This document shows positions 24,340 through 35,881 of a DNA stretch of 64,000 nucleotides, one piece after another (position 1 is the stretch's first letter; each line of letters opens with the position of its first letter). Position numbers and translations under genes: made by a program. The stretch is from Mustelus asterias (Eukaryota). Below the pieces are notes generated by a model. That model saw only the letters and a program-made list of their open reading frames with translations, made no database searches and was not told the DNA's origin. The stretch is taken from positions 137,764,001-137,828,000 of the forward strand of contig NC_135802.1 in NCBI RefSeq assembly GCF_964213995.1, in the 5' to 3' direction.

Positions 24340-25005
24340 AACATAGAAACATAGAAAATAGGAGCAGGAGAAGGTCATTCAGCCCTTTGAGCCGACTCCA
24401 CCATTCATTATGATCATGGCTGATCATCCAACTCAATAGCCTGATCCCATCTTTCCCCCATATTCTTTGCTTCCTTTTGCCTCAAGTGCTGCATCTAAAT
24501 GCTTCTTGAAAACATTCAATGTTTTGTCCTCAATTACTTTCTGTGGTGGTGAATTCCACAGGCTGACCACTCTCTGAGTGAAGATATTTCTCCTCATCTC
24601 GATACTAAACAGCCTACCCTGTATCCTCAGACTGTGACCCCTGGTTCTGGACACTCCCACCATTAGGAACATCCTTCTCTGCATTTACCCCGTCTAATCC
24701 TGTTGGAATTTCATAAGTTTCTATGAGATCCCCCCATTCTTCTGAACTCCGAATACAATCCTAACCAACTCAATCTCTCCTCATACGTCAGTCCCACTGT
24801 CCCAGGAATCAGTCTGGTAAACTTTTGCTGCAGTCCCTCTATAGCAAGAACATCCTTCTTCATTAAAGGAGACCAAAACTACACATAATATTTCAGGTGT
24901 GATCTAATCAAGGCCCTGTACAATTACAGCAAGACATCCCTGCTCCTGCACTTGAATCCGCTCGCTATGAAGGCCAACATACCATTTTTTTTTACTGCAT
25001 GTTTA
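24340..25005 (-). mobile_element. CR1 LINE 3' fragment
   Basis: SRTRGHSLRI...NIFTQRVVSLWNS plus (tttctatg)n tail. Confidence 0.88.
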
Positions 25006-25094
25006 CCTTTAAGACAGTCCTTAGAGTGAGCTTCTTTGACCCAGGTTTTGGCTACCTGACGTAATATCTCTTATGTGACCTACTGCTATAGAAC

Positions 25095-25268
25095 ACACAG
25101 AAACAGAAAATGATGGAAAATCTCCGCAGGTCTGACAGCATCCGTGGAGAGAGAATAGATCCAATGTTTCAAGTCAGGATGACACTTTGTCAGAGCTCCA
25201 CAGATACTGTCAGACCTGCTGAGATTTTCTGTTTTTGCTCCACAGCATCCACAGTATTTTGCCTTTAT
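25095..25268. mobile_element. Penelope-derived fold-back end with a CUGACAA hammerhead remnant on -
   Basis: On -: gagct-CTGACAA-a-gtgtc atcct gactt-GAAA-ca-TT-ggatc; inverted arm cagacctgctgagattttc follows. Confidence 0.65.
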
Positions 25269-25789
25269 CCTACTGCTGTATAAATATCTTTCATAATACT
25301 CCTGTGAACTTATTGTGATAAGTTTATTTATTACTGTCACAAGTAGGCTTACATTAACACTGCAATGAAGATAATGTGAAAATCCCCGAGTTGCCACACT
25401 CTGACACCTGTTCGGGTTCACTGAGGAGAATTTAGTCAATGCATCTAACCAGCACATCTTTCGGACTGTGGGAGAAAACCAGAGCACCTGGAGTAAACCC
25501 ACGCAGACATGGGGAGACAGACTCCGCACGGATAGTGACCCAAGCCAGGAATCGAACCTGGGTCCCTGGTGCTATGAGGCAGCAATGCACTGTGCCACCA
25601 TGCTGCCCTTGTTAAATGGCACTTTATAATGAAAAGCTGTTCTTGTTTGCAAAGTTTTATTTGCCAGGTGCAGGGGAGAAATGGTCTTACAGCTTGCTGG
25701 GAATGGATATGCAGGTCACAGGCAGGAGGGAGGCAAGGCACATAGTGAACCTCCCACCCCTCCTGTGCTTGTCCATCTGACTGAGCTCA

Positions 25790-26035
25790 GCTCCCTGCTC
25801 AGTGTGGAGGCTGCCTGCTAGCCCGGCCCCTTGCAGAGCTGGCGCAGGCGCTCAGAGCTGGGGTCCGGGTGGCTGGGCACTCGCAGGGGATGGCAATGCA
25901 CTGACAGCGAGCGAGGAAGAAGAAGGAGGACGGCAGCGGACCGGAGAGGCACACGCACACAAGCACACACCAAGCACCCTCCACCAAAACCCCCTCCCCA
26001 CCAGCAGCAGCAGCAAGCCACGTTCAGGGGGGCAG
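25790..26035 (+). promoter_or_regulatory. NRSN1: GC/CpG-enriched promoter and probable non-coding exon 1 of NRSN1
   Basis: GC-rich, CpG-containing non-repeat island with a short (CAG)n run, ending in the donor ggcag|gtaaaa at 26036, about 6.3 kb upstream of the ATG exon. The start site cannot be determined from sequence. Confidence 0.6.
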
Positions 26036-26602
26036 GTAAAAATGCAACAAGAAAAATAAGAAGCAGCACATGGGCGGCGGTGCTAGTGGCTGGCTGGCTG
26101 GGGAAAGGGATTGATTGCTCCTTGTATCCGAGCTCTGTGCGCTCTGGTTGAGGGGCTGGTAACGCCGGCCTGGGTTACAGGAGATCGATGGGCTTTGCCC
26201 CAGCTCTGGCTGGAACCCTCACACACCTAATGGAGTAAATGTTGACAATTGTTTTTGTTTTTATAAAGTTCTCCAGCTACAATGCACACTTGGTTTCAGA
26301 TATGTGTGAGATGCATGGACCTGTATTGCTAACTATTTGTGTTGTATTCTCTTACACTTTGAGCTGTGATCTACATGTATTTATTTTTTTGAGTACAATA
26401 TAGAGATGGCCGAAAGGTGGAGTCTGTGGTGTAGAAATGCTTGCGCTAAAAGGTGAAATAATGGTCATTTTTTGGGTGTTGCTGGGTGGCATTAGATGGA
26501 GGACTGTAGCTGGTTTGGGTTTAAGTGGCGTGTTTGCAGGTCGCTTGTCGAAGTTTCCGGTCCCTTCCAGCCATCACTTTGTTCCCTCGTGTCGAAGGGG
26601 AT

Positions 26603-26619
26603 TTCAGCACCTTGGAGAG
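26603..26619 (+). promoter_or_regulatory. RE1/NRSE (REST-binding) motif in putative NRSN1 intron 1
   Basis: ttcagcaccttggagag matches the RE1 consensus NTYAGMRCCNNRGMSAG at all 17 positions, in a neuron-restricted gene. Confidence 0.7.
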
Positions 26620-26989
26620 TTACATCAGCTATGTTTGAATTCGTTTATAATGCAATCGGCGGTAACAGGAGGCTTCCCATTCCTTAGGACTTTAACGTGC
26701 ATTTATTAGTGTCACAAGTAGGCTTACATTAACACTGCAATGAAGTTACTGTGAAAATCTTGTGTATAAAATGTAGAGCAAAAGTGTAACTGCAATGGGA
26801 AAATAATCACCAGAACATGATTACTGCGGTTGGTCTACCGATCACTTAAGCAGCTATGAAAGTTCAGGCTGACAGCAGATACTTTGGTAATGTCCAAGCT
26901 ATTTATTTATGATCCACAAGGGAGCCGGTTAGGTCTGTTATCTGCAGTTTGATGAAAGTTTATGGTCCTGATATTTGTAATTTAACTTA

Positions 26990-27595
26990 TGATTTTAATT
27001 TGATTTGTCACACGTATTAGTATACAGTGAAAAGCATTGTTTCTTGTGCACGCTACAGACAAGGAAAGGAGAGTGGAGAATGTAGTGTTACAGTCATAGC
27101 TAGGGTGTAGAGAAAGATCAACTTAATGCGAGGTAGGTCCATTCAAAAGTCTGATGGCAGCAGGGAAGAAGCTGTTCTTGAGTCGGTTGGTATGTGACCT
27201 CAGACTTTTGTATCTTTTTCCCGACAGAAGGAGGTGGAAGGGAGAATGACCGGGGCGTGTGGGGTCCTTAATTATGCTGGCTGCTTTTCTGAGGCAGCGG
27301 GAAGTATAGACAGTGTCAATGGATGGGAGACTGGTTTGAGTGATGGACTGGGCTTCATTCACAACCCTTTGTAGTTTCTTGCAGTCTTGGGCAGAGCAGG
27401 AGCCATACCAAGCAGTGATACAACCAGAAAGAATGCTTTCTATTGTGCATCTGTAGAAGTTGATGAGAGTTGTAGCAGACATGCCAAATTTCCTTAGTCT
27501 TCTGAGAAAGTAGAGGCATTGGTGGGTTTTCTAATCATAGTGTCAGCATGGGGGGACCAGGATAGGTTGTTGGTGATCTGGAAACCTAAAAATTT
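26990..27595 (-). mobile_element. Rex1/Babar-type LINE 3' fragment (DUF1891-like C-terminus)
   Basis: TLINFYRCTIESILSGCITAWYGSCSAQDCKKLQRVV...RLKNSFFPAAIRLLN. Confidence 0.85.
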
Positions 27596-28283
27596 GAAGA
27601 TTTTAAAGTTAGTCAAGCTTGAATGTTGCAATACAAATTATCTAATTATTCAAACTATCTAAATTACTACAGTATCCAATTTTTCGTGATGCAGGTAGGC
27701 ATGGTGGAGAAATAGTGCCAGTATTTCTATAAGCATTCTTTACATGTGTATGTTTGAGGAAAATTAGAACTATGTTGTGGCCTGATCGCGACAGGAATAC
27801 CTAATCATATCTCACAACTTTCTCACTAATGAGTTAGCTAGGGAGCAGTTATTTTGAAGAATTTAGTTTTGTATTCTTAACCATGTCATAACTATAACCT
27901 AAGATATTTATTATAAGAGTACAACAATTTTGTGATGAAATTGCAGTTAACAATCTCTGTAACAAAGTGTTACACGCAGTTGACCACCTGTCAATGCTGA
28001 CTGGAAACTTTGGGCAAATGACGTAACGAATAATCCAAAAGACAGGCTTAGAGGAGGTTTTTGAAGGAAGGAAGGGTGAAAATAAGGTGGAAGGTGTTGA
28101 GGGATAATGTTAAAGTATGAAGCAATGATGTCTGAAAGCAAAACAGAGTAAAATTTGCAAAACAGGCCAAAGTCAGAAGAGTCAAGGGTGAAAATGGCTG
28201 CAAGTGCTTGAGCATATTTCAGAATATAGACGAGAATGGAATTTTGAATTCAGTATGTTGGGGTTGAAGAAAGAATGCCACAG

Positions 28284-28636
28284 GGCAGCATGGGGACATA
28301 GTAGTTAGTAGTGCTGCCTCAAAGCTTCAGGGAACCAGGTGCAATTCAGCCTTGGGTGACTGTGTGGAGTTTGCATTTCTCCCCGTGTCTGCTTGAGTTT
28401 CCCCCGGGTGCTCCAGTTTCCTCCCACAGGCCAAAGATGTGCAGGTTAGGTGGATTGACCATGCCAAATTGCCCCTTAGTGTCCCAAGATGTGTAGGTTA
28501 GATGGATTAACCATGGTAAACGTGTGGAGTGACAGGGATACGGTGGGAAAGGGGGAACTGGGTGGGATACTCTGTCAGAGTGTTAGTGCAGACTCGATGG
28601 GCTGAATGGCTTCTTCTGCACTTTCGGGGATTCTAT
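28284..28636 (+). mobile_element. HE1/V-type SINE (older)
   Basis: Diverged head, central domain and tail. Confidence 0.8.
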
Positions 28637-28989
28637 ACGTGCTGGAATGCAGACAAGTAAGCTTTAGAGGTGTCGCTGTTTATAGAGAATAATACTGGAG
28701 AAATTGGTGAAAAAAAAGTGATTAAACTTGGAGGTGAACCAGATGTGATGAGAAACTCATTGGTTGAAAATCTGAAGGAAGGTCCAAGGAATGGGTTACT
28801 GAAGAAGCGGAATGAGCTGATTCTAGTCAGAGGGTTTGAAGATCTGTGAGGTTCAGGTTTGAAGACCTGTGAGGTTCAGCTTGAAGGAAGTGATCAGGAA
28901 TAGGATGAAAACCAGAGCTAGTTTGCAGAGTTTTTCGAAGAAGCCAAACAGAACGCAGTCTCGCTTGCACTAAGCTAAGTAACATGTTT

Positions 28990-29745
28990 GCTTATCCATT
29001 AGAAAATAAAAATTGAGCAGTTCAATATGTGGCTAGGGAAATGGAGTAGGAGGGAGAGCTTTAGATCTCTGAGACAATGGGACCAGTTCTGGGGCAGGTG
29101 CAACCTGTACAAGAAGGACAGGTTACACTTTAACAGGACTGAGACTAATGTCCCTGCAGGGAGGTTTGCTAGTGTTGTTGGGGTGTTGGGGTTGAAGCTC
29201 AGTTGGCAAGCTGTGGGAACCTGAGGGGAAAATCAGAGAGAAGAGGAGAAAAACTACTAGTGAGAAATAGAGAAGTACTGATAAGGAGGATATATCCAAG
29301 AGTAGCATCAAGGTAAATAAAATACTTGGCAGAGTTTCACAGAATTAGAGGAGGCAATAGTAAGTCGTAAGATGGGGTCAGAGTAAAAGAGGGAAGTAAA
29401 ATAGCCTAAATCAGGGTTAATATGTGAATGTATGGAGTGTGGTTATTAAGACTACAGGCACAGGTTGACAAATGAATTATGATATTTTTGCTACAACAGA
29501 GACCTGGCTCAAAGAAGGGCAGGACCGGGTGTAAAATATTCCTGGGCACTAGATGTTTAGGAGAGACAGGAAAGGAAAAAAGGCCAATGGCTGAATAATG
29601 GGCCACTTTCAAAGAAAAGGTTTTGCAGGCAATGTCAAGGTATGTTCGCTTGAAGGGGAGAGGCAGGACAAATAAATCCAGAACGTCCTGGATGACAAGA
29701 GAGACAGAGGTGAAGATGAAAAGGAAGAAGCGTGTATATGACAGA
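28990..29745 (+). mobile_element. CR1 ORF1 (SGNH esterase-like end) and degenerate ORF2 start
   Basis: WLGKWSRRESFRSLRQWDQFWGRCNLYKKDRLHFNRTETNVPAGRF, followed by acagagacctggctc (TETWL). Confidence 0.75.
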
Positions 29746-29746
29746 T

Positions 29747-30330
29747 AGAAGTCTCACAACACCAGGTTAAAGTCCAACAGGTTTATCTGGTAGCGCAAGC
29801 TTTCGGAGTCTCGCTCCTTCCTCAGGTGAGTGAGGAATTGTGTTCACAAACAGGATATATATAGACACAAACTCAATTTACAAGATAATGGTTGGAATGC
29901 GAGTCTTTACAGGTAATCAAGTCTTAAAGGTACAGACAATGTGAGTGGAGAGAGGGTTAAGCACAGGTTAAAGAGATGTGTATTGTCTCCAGCCAGGACA
30001 GTTAGTGAGATTTTGCAAGCCCAGGCAAGTCGTGGGGGTTACAGATAGTGTGACATGAACCCAACATCCCGGTTGAGGCCGTCCTCATGTGTGTGGAACT
30101 TGGCTATCAGTTTCTGCATTGTCGTGTGTCGTGAAGGTCGCCTTGGAGAACACTTACCCGAAGATCAGAAGCTGAATGCCCGTGACTGCTGAAGTATTCC
30201 CTGACAGGAACTGCCTGGTGATTGGCAAGCGGTGTTCATTCATCCGTTGTCGTAGTGTCTGCATGGTCTCCCCAATATACCATGCTTCGGGACAGAATCG
30301 CTGAGCAGAGATTGATAGCCAAGTTCCGTT
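29747..30330 (-). mobile_element. Penelope-like 3' region with hammerhead motif (about 29794-29828)
   Basis: Same family as 5833-6290. On -: cac-CTGAGGA-a-ggag cgaga ctcc-GAAA-gc-TT-gcg (core intact, stem I weakened). Confidence 0.8.
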
Positions 30331-31884
30331 ATAAGGATAGTCTTGAAATTCAGAAGGACATAAACATGTTGGTGGATTGGGTAGACAAATGGCAGATGAA
30401 GTTCAATGCAGGGAAGTGCGAGATGATTAATTTTGGCAGTAAGAATATGGAGACATAGGGTGGGATTTTACATTGGTGGCCTCTGCTGTGCACAGAGTGC
30501 GGGACATTCTTCTCTGAACTCCCACTGAACAAACAGCGTAAATTACTCCAGTTTTCATGCAAATTCGATACTTAGAATTTTTTGGGGAGAATTCCGCCCA
30601 TCATCTCTGAATGGCTTACCTTTAATTTTAAGGTTCAGCTTCAGCCTCTTTTTTCTGAAGTCCTCAGCTTTTTGAAATTTTTCATGGGATATGAGCACCA
30701 CTGGCAAAGCCAGCATATGTTGCCCATCCCTAATTGCCCTTGAACTGAGGGCAGTTAAGTGTCAACCACATTGCTGTTGGTCTGGAGTCACATGTAGGCC
30801 AGACCAAGTAAGGACAGCGGATTTCCTACATTAGTGAAGCAGGTCTTTACAACAATGATAATTTAATGGTCACTATTACTGAGACTAGATTTATATTCCA
30901 GATTTATTAATTGAATTTAAATTCCACCCTGGCGGGATTTGAACTCACATCCCTGCAGCATTAGCCTGGGCCTTTGGATTACTAGTTCAATAGTCATTAC
31001 TAGACATTACCACTATCACCCCAAAGAAAAGAAAGATTATGAAGAGTAACCTAATAATTGAAGTACATTTTAATGATGGTCTTAAAAGGAGGATAGAGAA
31101 GTAGCGAACAAGATAATTTATTTCTTGCTCCATTTGCAATGATGCAGTAAATGTCTTCAGAACTGGGAAATAAATATACCACCTCTATAAGTACCATTTC
31201 TGGTATTCTGTATGTGTTAATTATGTTAGTGTCAAAATGCCCTAATTTCATTCCAGTTGACTGACTGGTCAAAAATTGGCAACTTTACATTTGCGATTCA
31301 GTCACAAGTATAAAGACAATTGATTGCCATCCAGGTCAAATTATTCATACACAGAGAATTATTTCCATCACTAGATTAAAAAGCACATTAAATATGCAAC
31401 ATGGCTTTCACTTTAAAATTAATAGTAGTTGGAATCAAGTTATAGATCTGAATCTTGCTTTCATAATCACCCTTATCTGACCATACATCAAATTAATACT
31501 TTTATTACATGTCCTGATTATGATTGCAAGTCCATTTCATATCGAGCTTTAGGTGCTGCTTCTTTATTGGCAAAAATGACTGGAAAACCTCTGTAAATAA
31601 ACCTCTATCTCCATGAGCAGCAGCAGATCGTCCATGAACTATTTGTTGCTAGGATAGTTTACTTGATCATTTCCTACTAATACAAATTGAATGGTTGAGA
31701 GACAGAGTTAAAACAAATAATTATTAATTCACAAGTCAATAATCTTCTTCACGGTAAATTATGAGTCAAAGTACTCAATGCAAAGTGCAAGTACTTAACT
31801 CTAATTTTCTTATAAACAAGTCTCTGTCATGATTACAATAAGCATAACTGAGATCTACATTGGCCTGTTTTAGAGTCTATTACC

Positions 31885-32187
31885 TGGTTAGCACTGCTGC
31901 CACACAGCGCCAGGGACCCGGGTTCAATTCCAGCCTCGAGTGACTGTCTGTGTGGCGTTTGTACATTCTCCTCGTGTCTACGTGGGTTACCTCAGGGTGC
32001 TCCGGTTTCCTCTCACATTCCAAAGATCTGCGAGTTAGGTTGATTGGCCATGCTAAATTGTCCCTTAGTGTCAGGGGGATTAGCAGGGTAAATATGTGGG
32101 GTTACGGGAGTAGGGCCTGGGTTGGATTGTGGTCAGTGCTCGATAGGACGAATGGCCCCCTTCTGCACTGTTGGGATTCTATGATTC
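31885..32187 (+). mobile_element. HE1/V-type SINE (5'-clipped)
   Basis: tggttagcactgctgcc...gggattctatgattc. Confidence 0.88.
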
Positions 32188-32362
32188 ATGAGCAACAATA
32201 GTATGTGGCTTATCTTCAAGCTTTGTGACACAATCGTAGAATTAGACCAGCCAAATGTAACTTTGGTTTGGTGAACCTTTGGGAATATTTGTATTGGCTC
32301 ACCTATTTGTCGATCAAACTCCAGTTCTTTGTGATTTACAGTTTGGAATGCAGCTGTAAAGG

Positions 32363-32551
32363 ATGAGTTTGTGTGCCGAGATCTGCCAGTCAGAGAACTC
32401 TAACTACAACGCAGAGGGGTTGCACCAACATTATGGAGTCCGATCATATCTGCATCAGTTCTATGAAGACTGTACGGCATCAATCTGGGAGCATGAGGAT
32501 GATTTTCAGATTAAGAGATCCCCAAGCAAGTGGAGCTCTGTTCTCTGGAAG
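32363..32551 (+). CDS. NRSN1: Neurensin-1, first coding exon (63 codons)
   Basis: MSLCAEIC...HQHYGVRSYLHQFYEDCTASIWEHEDDFQIKRSPSKWSSVLWK matches the remembered neurensin-1 N-terminus (YGVRSYLHQFYEDCTASIWEYEDDFQIQRSP). Acceptor tttacag ends at 32341; donor AAG|gtatgc at 32552, phase 0. Confidence 0.96.
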
Positions 32552-34186
32552 GTATGCGCAATATTTTACTCAATATTTCAACAACTTTTAACCTCAATGG
32601 CCCAGAAATTTCTGGAAGATAATTGCAAGTTCGTGTCGCCTGGCATCATCGATGCATTATACTGTGGGGAAGAGATGCGCCAAATGTTCTGATCTGCTGG
32701 CCAATTACCATTGTTAATCCTTCCAAAACTGGAGACAAATAGCTATCAGTCTCCCAATTGTGTGAATTTAAACTGCTAAATGTGTGCTGCTAAAAATAAT
32801 GAATTTTGCTACTGCCATTTAGGGCTGGTAATTCATGTTATAAGGACCTTGTTAATGATGTGATTTAGGGTCCCTGATGTGTCATCCAATCTTGGAGGTC
32901 CCAAAAAGGAACAATGAAAGTATGAAGTCTCAACCCCTGCAGGTTGCAAATTGTTCCTAAACGTCTTTAAAGTTAATAATTTTAATTATTTTCTCACTTT
33001 TGTTTTTTCTCTTGCTACAAATCCAATCTGATTTTCCTAGTCCAGTCCCTTTGTTTTCCATTGCATATCTAATTTGACTGTACTTTACCCTATTTCCACC
33101 TCTATCATTTGTTGTCTAATTTCACTGCTTAAGGGGCTGGACCATTGGACTCAATGTTCAGGGGGTCCTAGATGCCCCATTGGCACCACCGTGTCATTAT
33201 CAATTCGCATTTGCTGCAATTTGTGCTGTACAAATTAAACAACTTGAAGGGTTAAGTAAAAACAAATCTACCATGAGATGTACTGCTCCAGCAATTTCTG
33301 TGCAAAAAGGAACATTTATGCTTTAAAAACATTAAATATATGTATACTTCCTGATTGCAAGCTTTTGGTTCTAATTGTCATCTTTTTCCATTATATATTC
33401 CTCTGCAATGATATACTCTTACCATCAGTGGCTGTGTAATATCTTCATTTCCTATTTCTAAGCTCCGTAGTCTGCACTGCAGAAAACATTCTAAGCTGGA
33501 GCTGACTCTGTTTCTCTGCTTTCTATCATTTAACTACATCGAAACAAGATCAAAACATTGTACAAAATAATGAAGACAGAATGCATGGCATTAATGTGGG
33601 AACCTACTTATGTTGGATCTTGATCAAGAGCTGTCTGGGCAGGCTAACTACCCATTTGGAGGTAGTTTAACAACAACCTAAGTAGCTGTTGCTTGGATTT
33701 TGTGAATGAGCATCTAGCACATTGATAGAGTTGCCAGTGTACAGTGGACCATCTGTAACACTATTAGGACAAAAGCCCAGAGGCGAATGAGCCACAATTC
33801 ATGTGTAATATTGTTCAGAAACAGAAAAATTGCAATGGTTTGTTTTCTTGAACAGGGAAGACAATTTATTTCCAAAGGTACTAATGCGATAAGGCATCAC
33901 ACGTTCCATTAACATTTGAATATACCCAATAAAGATGTAAATTAGCACAATCTCATGAATACAAAAGAGGCCTTGTGGTGTAAAATAGGTCAGTCTGTCC
34001 TTTTAAGACAGACTCAAAATGTTAATTGTCACAGTTATGACAGAAAAGTCCTTCATTTAGTGTGCAGTAGTTTTGTGCTTGAGGCTGTAGAAGTGGCACT
34101 ACTTTTGGCTGTTGTAACTGTGAATGGCCTTGCTGTATTGGTGATGAATCAGAGCTGGACAGTGTTTTGTTATTGTGATTTTGTAG

Positions 34187-34591
34187 GTCGGACTCATGGC
34201 TGGAACCATCGTACTTCTGATAGGAATGGCAGTGATTGCAGCCGGCTACCTGGTACCACCAAAGTTTGAAGCATTTGGAGAGGAGAAGGAGAATTTTCTG
34301 GTAGTGGATGGTCAAGCTGTCCAGTTCAATGTGGCACTGGACATCTGTAAGCTGGCAGGGGCTATTCTCTTTTGCATTGGGGGGATGATGGTGGCCGCAT
34401 GCCTCCTGATGTCCACGTTGGCCACGAGTTACTCCAAGGAAGAAAAATACCTGCAGCAGAAGTTTAAAGAGAGAATTGCGGATGCCCAAGCTTCCTGCGA
34501 GCCAGTCACTAAGGCACCAGCTCCGGGTGAGCGTAAAATCCCCATCACTTTGTCCAAAGTACACAATGTGCAGCCCACATTGGAGAGCTAA
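34187..34591 (+). CDS. NRSN1: Neurensin-1, last coding exon (134 aa + TAA; total protein 197 aa)
   Basis: Acceptor ttttgtag|GTC GGA CTC ATG continues in phase 0 (VGLMAGTIVLLIG...VPPKFEAFGE...CKLAGAILFCIGG...SYSKEEKYLQQKFKERIAD...KIPITLSKVHNVQP). Two hydrophobic segments and the typical NRSN1 tail. Confidence 0.96.
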   Translation, partial: VGLMAGTIVLLIGMAVIAAGYLVPPKFEAFGEEKENFLVVDGQAVQFNVALDICKLAGAILFCIGGMMVAACLLMSTLATSYSKEEKYLQQKFKERIADAQASCEPVTKAPAPGERKIPITLSKVHNVQPTLES

Positions 34592-34931
34592 AGGGCAAAT
34601 ATTAAACATTGCATAGGCCATTGTAAATTAGCTATACCAGAACAAATCTTTTTAAATGTTTTATCAATTTTATATAGAGGTTTAGAGAGACGGGTTAAGT
34701 GTTCAACTGCTGAATTGCAGATTCATGCCTTCATTCCGTGAATTATATAAGAATCTCAGTTGAGATTCAGACTTGCAACTCAGTTGTACATTCACCATGT
34801 TACATGGACTGGATATACTTGTTTACCCAAAATCAGAGTACAGATACAGTCTCCTGAAAGCTCCAATTTGCAAATGATTTTGTCTCCGAGTTTAATGTGA
34901 AATGGCTTTTATGTGTATTTGAAATGAATTA

Positions 34932-34937
34932 AATAAA
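34932..34937 (+). terminator. Candidate NRSN1 polyadenylation signal AATAAA
   Basis: AATAAA about 340 nt after the stop codon; another lies near 35203. Which is used is unknown. Confidence 0.4.
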
Positions 34938-35875
34938 GTATGAGTGAAGACCTAGCTGAAATTCAAAACGGTTAGTCTTGCTTTAACACAAAACAAGAAC
35001 GGTGAGGTGAAAATGGCACACTTATGCAGCAGAGGTGCAACTCACAGGTGAGACTAACCCACACTGTTGAAATGGAGCGGAGGAAGCGACTGGCTGTGCA
35101 GTGCTGTACATGCATGGGCTTGATGCCGACACTGTGCCTAAAATGCAGAAGTGCCACACTGGTACTGAACTCTCTCACCTTGCTGAGCGAGGGCATTCAA
35201 AAATAAATTAATAAGTGCAACATGACATAAAACTCATGATTAAACCAACAACTTTCAAATGAGGGTGAAATGGTCTTCGCACACACACTCAGAATGGCCA
35301 GATTCTGGGCCTATAACAATGACAACTTGTATCAATATGGTACCTTGAACATAATAAAATGTGTCCCAAGGTGCTTCAGAGGAGCATTATAAAGCAGAAT
35401 ACATCATGGAGCATACCAGAACAAAAGCTATAATGCTATGGCATGCTGTGTACGTGCTCATTGAAGTTGGACAATCACTGTGTTTTATCTAGCTCAAGTG
35501 GGATTAATTACATGTAGGGGAGATTTTTTTTAATGCATTAATATGCTCCATAGATTACCTCTTCAATATGCAATTCCAAAGCTTCCCGAGTGTTACGTAA
35601 TGTGAACAGTGACAGTGAACACAATTCCAAACAATACTGTGAAACTGCAACAATGTGCATTATGCACAGAATGAACCTCCTACGCTTACTACATAAGGGA
35701 GGAGGTCATTCGTTACAATGTCAGTTTCTTCCAGCAATCCAAAACTAATTCCACCACCTTGCTCTGTCCCCATACCCTGTACAGCAAATCGTCTGGCAAT
35801 GGAGGGGTAGCTTTTCATTTTGATCAGTTCATGGTCCTCCACAAGAAGAAGAAACTAAAAACAGCATTGATTCAC

Positions 35876-35881
35876 TTTATT
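35876..35881 (-). terminator. Candidate minus-strand polyadenylation signal (possible DCDC2 3' end)
   Basis: tttatt (AATAAA on -) followed on - by a GU/U-rich tract (tgctgtttttagtttcttcttcttgtgg). Confidence 0.4.

Noticed and set aside
34022-34621. 199-aa minus-strand ORF
   Set aside because: Antisense to the NRSN1 coding exon.
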